From NCBI RefSeq assembly GCF_009914755.1, contig NC_060928.1: a stretch of 64,000 nucleotides of DNA; one strand, 5' to 3'. Positions within the stretch are counted from its first letter, which is position 1. Every line of letters begins with the position of its first letter. The notes beneath the pieces were generated by a model. The model was given only the letters and a program-made list of their open reading frames with translations. It was not told the origin of the DNA and did no database searches. Positions 56,501 to 64,000 of the stretch are shown here, one piece after another. The DNA is from the human T2T-CHM13v2.0 reference genome, Homo sapiens. The position numbers and the translations under genes are program-made.

Positions 56501-58559
56501 ATATGCAATTATTAATATTGGTAATTTATTACATATTAATTCAATTTCAGTAGCTTCTCTTTGTAAAATAGTTAACCTGGTCATTTGGTAGATAAAAACT
56601 TGTAAGACCCAAGATACTTGAAACTACTCTACCCAACTGGCCTTAATTGCCTAGCCATTAATAATGGTTTCCCTTGGTTTAAATATTTCCAATTCTTATA
56701 GGATCATATTTGTTTTTAACGTAATTTTGCAGCAGAAAAGGAATGCTAAGATTTGTTATTTAAGAAATGGCAGCATAGTGCAAACAGAGATCATGAATGT
56801 ATTTTGTTTTGAAATCTAGACACATACAGCATGAAATAATTTAGTTTCCTCACCCTCAAGCAAGAGATAAGTCCTCCCTCTTTTTTCTGATCCTTAGTAA
56901 CCCCTATTTCTCTGCCTTTCTTTCCATTCTAACCACACTGAATTCCTTTCTAGCCAAAATAGCCAATATAAGAAGAGGCTATGGAAATTAAATCCCTTTA
57001 AGAGAAGACCTGTAATTGGCCTTGGAAATGACCTTCCCATACAATCAATGGTATAAATGGTATCGTAACAGTGTCACATGTGTTAATTAGGCATTTATGA
57101 GCAGAATTGGGGATCCAACAATAATTTATAATGTTATTCTAATATGTTTTAAATTGATATATTAATGGCTTATGAAAAATTATAATTTACATATCTGTTC
57201 TGTTATTTTTGTAAAAAATAAGGATATCTCAGACACTGAAACACCAATATAATTAGTAGACTATTTTGCTGCTCTTTAATAAGTTCATAAAATTACTCTA
57301 TTCCTCTACTAACACAGTGATGAATGGTATCATGTGGGCTTCACTAATATTTGTTCCCTAAATTCTAGTAATGATTCATCTAATTATGTGTTTTATTTTT
57401 AAATCTTTAGTTTCTGTGATTTTTTTTGAAAGTTTTTTTGAGTATTTCCCACAGCAACAATCTAAAATACACACTGCCTCTGAAAAACCTCAAGAATGAC
57501 ACCCCAAAGATTATACTATCCTCAGGGTCACAGAGTCCATGTTACATGAGGTCTAATCTGAAACACTCCATTAGATAATAAAAAATGGCTCATTTTCATT
57601 TTCTTTTACATCAGTAAGATATATTATAATAAATTTCCAATATTAACACTCTATATTTTAAAAAGCATATTTAATGCTATAGAAGCAGAGTACTTTCACA
57701 TCTGTTCTTCACATATCTATATGCCAAGCACTGGGTTGACAATAAAAAACCAAATATTTCAATAATTAAGACACCAACACATAAAGCCTGCCACCACTGC
57801 AAAATACTAAGTTAAAAAAATATATTCAACATAAGATAGGGAAAAAGTATTCCATAAATAGGTAAGCCCAATAATTGGAACAAATTAAATCAAAACAGAT
57901 TAGAATAGCATTGCCAACAAACATGTAAAAATAAAACATCATCTAAAATTGTAATTGCTTTGCAAATTAAATCACATTTTGGACTGTTTTTCATCCAAAA
58001 AGCTTACTTTTTTGACATAACATGGTCCCCTGTTTCTCAGATGTATATTTTTTTCACATATAAATAGATATCTACATTTAACATAGTCTTATGAGATCTT
58101 TTTTCTCTGGTAACCTATTAATAAAATAGCATCTTACAATCAATGAAATATAGTATATGTGCATCTTTTCTATTTTTAAGGCAACACTACCATTAACTTG
58201 CACTTTAATACATCTTTGAAAAATAATGTCCCTGCTATTTACGCTACCACAGAGGCATCTTGAGTAGAGGCTGTGAATATTAATAATGTATAAATGAAAT
58301 ACCATGTCTGCTTCTCCCAAGGCAAAGCATTTCAAAATCCCAAATAGAGATATGGTAGGTCTTAGATTCTTTATGTCCAAGGGAATAGGTTTATCTTACA
58401 TATGTAAAACATTAGAAATGTCTACTACTCCACAATGAATTTGCAACTTACATGAACACAGCACTTGTGTGATACCTTTCTAACACCTTCTGAGTAATTC
58501 CATGTGGCCAAAATCTATGGTTCTCCATGGAATATTTTACCTCTTGTAATTAGCGGCCA

Positions 58560-58765
58560 GTCCTTGCTTTTAAAGCACACAATAGGATCAACATCCTTTT
58601 CATTGTACTTGTAATAATTGCTGCATCTATTTTTGAGACTGCCATTAGACTATGAACTCATTTGAGTCAAGAATTACCTTAGTTATCTCTCTGTCGCTCA
58701 CAAGAAGCACAGTATCTGATGCAGAGTTTGTCAGTACTCAAGAAAATGTGTATAGAATGATAATT
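58560..58765 (+). mobile_element. L2 3' fragment
   Basis: cattagactatgaactc...agcacagtatctga...tactcaagaaaatg. Confidence 0.55.
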
Positions 58766-60100
58766 GTAATGAAAAATATACACCACAAGAAGATGCTGCA
58801 AGAATAACAGAAAGACACTAGGACTAAAGTTTATCTTTTTCTCTCTGTGCTCAGATAAGGATTTACAGCAAACTTCCCAGATATACTGAGGCTCAGACCC
58901 CTTCCTTTCCCATAAATAGTCTGTCAGTCTTCTGTTTCGGAATTGGGAGATGATATGTTTCAGTTACATATACCACTTGAAATGGATCGATATTTCTACA
59001 GGGAAGTGGCAAAGTCTCTGACTTTTCCTCACAAAACTCCTTCACACTAATGATCTGCCCCCCCCCCCCTCTTTATTTTTCTGTATAATAAAATTAACTA
59101 AGATGAACTGGGGGAAAAGGAGAAGAAAGCACCATCACCACCACAGTTTCCTACATTTTTAGTTGTAGCAGCAATAAGATATATAAATGTATTTCAAAAT
59201 CACCTGAGGGGAAGAGCTGACAGCTCCCCAGAAACAATAAGAAATAGCTCCCTGGAGAAGGTCCCTAAAACTTGCTTCCTTACAGTCTCAATATGAAACA
59301 CACTCCCTTGACTCATTGAACTTTTTAAAAAAGTACTGGGAATAGCTACCAGCTTAGAGTTCACACCCACTGGCTCTGTACTAAAGTGACAAAATGTTAC
59401 CATCTTAAAGACAGGTGACAACATTTCTGGTCTCAATAACCCACACTGGATCCAAAAGAACAGAACATAGCACAGAAGTTAGATATAAAATATTGATTGA
59501 AAGATAGTAAATAAAGTAACAAATGAACAGACCTTTTGAAAAAAGCTATTCACATAAAAATGGACAATCTACAAAGATGAAAGTAAGACAAAATGCATAC
59601 AGTTGTAAAAAAAAGTTCCAAGTTTTCAATGGCAATAAAATATAAATAATTTACTTATTATTACAAGCTTCTTTGAAAAATCACAATGTAGCTAGGTTAG
59701 AAATATTGCTAAAACTTACTTTCAAGTACATTAGTTGAGTATCATGTATCCCAATTATAGAAGTGAATACATGCTTGTGGAAATCTATTAGAAACATAAA
59801 AGTAAGAAAGATAGTATTACATAGGTAACTCCATCACCCAAAGGTAAGCATTGCTAAAATACATATGTAAAATCTCATTTGTTTGTAAGGGTCCTCTCTG
59901 CCTCATTTTTCAAAGAACACTCTTCCTCATTTCTTTCTAAAAAGCAGGTATGCCATCATATTTTTCTACCCACCCACCAAGCCTTCTTCCATGTAGCAAC
60001 ATTCTAACATAATGAAAATCCAAGATATTTTTACCAAAAGTTTAAGGTGAGATGGGAAACTGTTGTGTATTTCTTTCTTCTTGCATAAAAATGGGGTGCC

Positions 60101-60399
<299 letters not shown>

Positions 60400-60412
60400 T
60401 TAGGTGATTTTT

Positions 60413-60701
60413 TTTTTCCTTTTCTTTTTTTTTTTTTGGAGACGGAGTCTCACTCTGTCGCCCAGGCCATCTCAGCTCACTGCAACCTCCGTCTCCTGGG
60501 TTCACATCTTTCTCCTGCCTCAGCCTCCGAGTAGCTGGGACTACAGGCACCCGCCACCACGCCCGGCTAATTTTTTGTATTTTTAGTAGAGACGGGGTTT
60601 CGCTGTGTTAGCCAGGATGGTCTCAATCTCCTGACCTCGTGACCACCCGCCTCGGCCTCCCAAAGTGCTGGGATTACAGCTGTGAGCCACCGCACTCGGC
60701 C
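60413..60701 (-). mobile_element. AluSc8/AluY-like with short right-arm deletion
   Basis: gtgttagccaggatggtctc diagnostic; perfect 16-bp TSD GCCTTAGGTGATTTTT (60397-60412, 60702-60717). Confidence 0.93.
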
Positions 60702-60986
60702 GCCTTAGGTGATTTTTAAAAATAACCTGACTCTTGACTATTTTTCAAATGTAATGGAAATTCAGAGTTGTCCAAAATAACCTACAGAGGTGTAGAATAA
60801 CATGCTGTTTTGATTTATAACTAAGTCTACACACTTATGAGTAAATTAGAACAGATTAAAGCCCTCCAAAGTTCTGATATTTATCAGAGGCACAGCTTCT
60901 ATTTCAGTTCCCAATCACGATTTTTATCACTAATAATATAATAAATGTAAAGCACTGTCCACAATGGATCTAATTACAATCATGCT

Positions 60987-61253
60987 ATCAGAAAAAAAAG
61001 GTTATATTCATGTACATCATGAGAAAACGTTTTCTGTATTGCCATCTCTTTTCAAATAAAAACTTGTTTGAAATATTCTATTAAAAGGTTACGGAAAAGA
61101 ATAATCAGTTTTGCAATCTGATCAGAAAAAAAGGTTATATTCATGTATAACATGAGAAAACATTTTCTGTATTGCCATCTCTTTTTAAATAAAAACTTGT
61201 TTGAAATATTCTATTAAAAGGTTACAGAAAAGAATAATCAGCTTTGCAATCTG
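60987..61253. repeat. 134-bp tandem duplication of unique sequence
   Basis: 60987-61120 versus 61121-61253, about 7 differences. Confidence 0.95.
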
Positions 61254-61369
61254 ATTGCAACAAGAGAATGTACTGTTATATGCAATAACTAGAAAAATAA
61301 ACTTATGGTATGTTTTTTAAATGCTTATTCAAACTAATCCTACACCAGTAGGATTATCAATAAGAACTC

Positions 61370-64000
<2,631 letters not shown>

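Noticed and set aside
58138-58270. Minus-strand exon candidate (TT|gtaaga donor)
   Set aside because: Weak acceptor with a poor pyrimidine tract and no recognisable peptide.
59200-59436. 78-aa minus-strand ORF with a CAG|gtgatt donor
   Set aside because: Non-ATG start, weak splice signals and no recognisable homology.

Overview
AT-rich primate genomic DNA (human/great-ape-like, judged from AluY, L1PA3/4 and MER9 content). It is intergenic or deep-intronic and made up largely of transposon relics. I find no intact protein-coding gene, RNA gene or CRISPR-like array. Every long ORF in the track is a fragment of LINE-1 ORF1/ORF2, Tigger1 transposase or Alu, or is chance. Main elements: a near-full-length dead L1PA3/4 (+, 25112-31208), a second L1PA3/4 in inverted orientation (61370 to beyond 64000), a Tigger1 carrying nested AluS and L1PA8-like inserts, an L1PA16-like copy missing ORF1 and the RT region, several solo LTRs with intact TSDs, and many MIR/L2 fossils. 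I cannot support a genuinely new biological system. The strongest unexpected signal is that the two inverted L1PA copies share two premature ORF2 stop codons. Both stops lie inside a 302-bp patch that is almost identical between the copies, while the adjacent sequence is about 7% divergent, which points to gene conversion across about 35 kb. Weaker signals are candidate minus-strand exons and an enhancer-like motif cluster. Subfamily names come from recalled consensus sequences, not a database search, and boundaries of old repeats are approximate.
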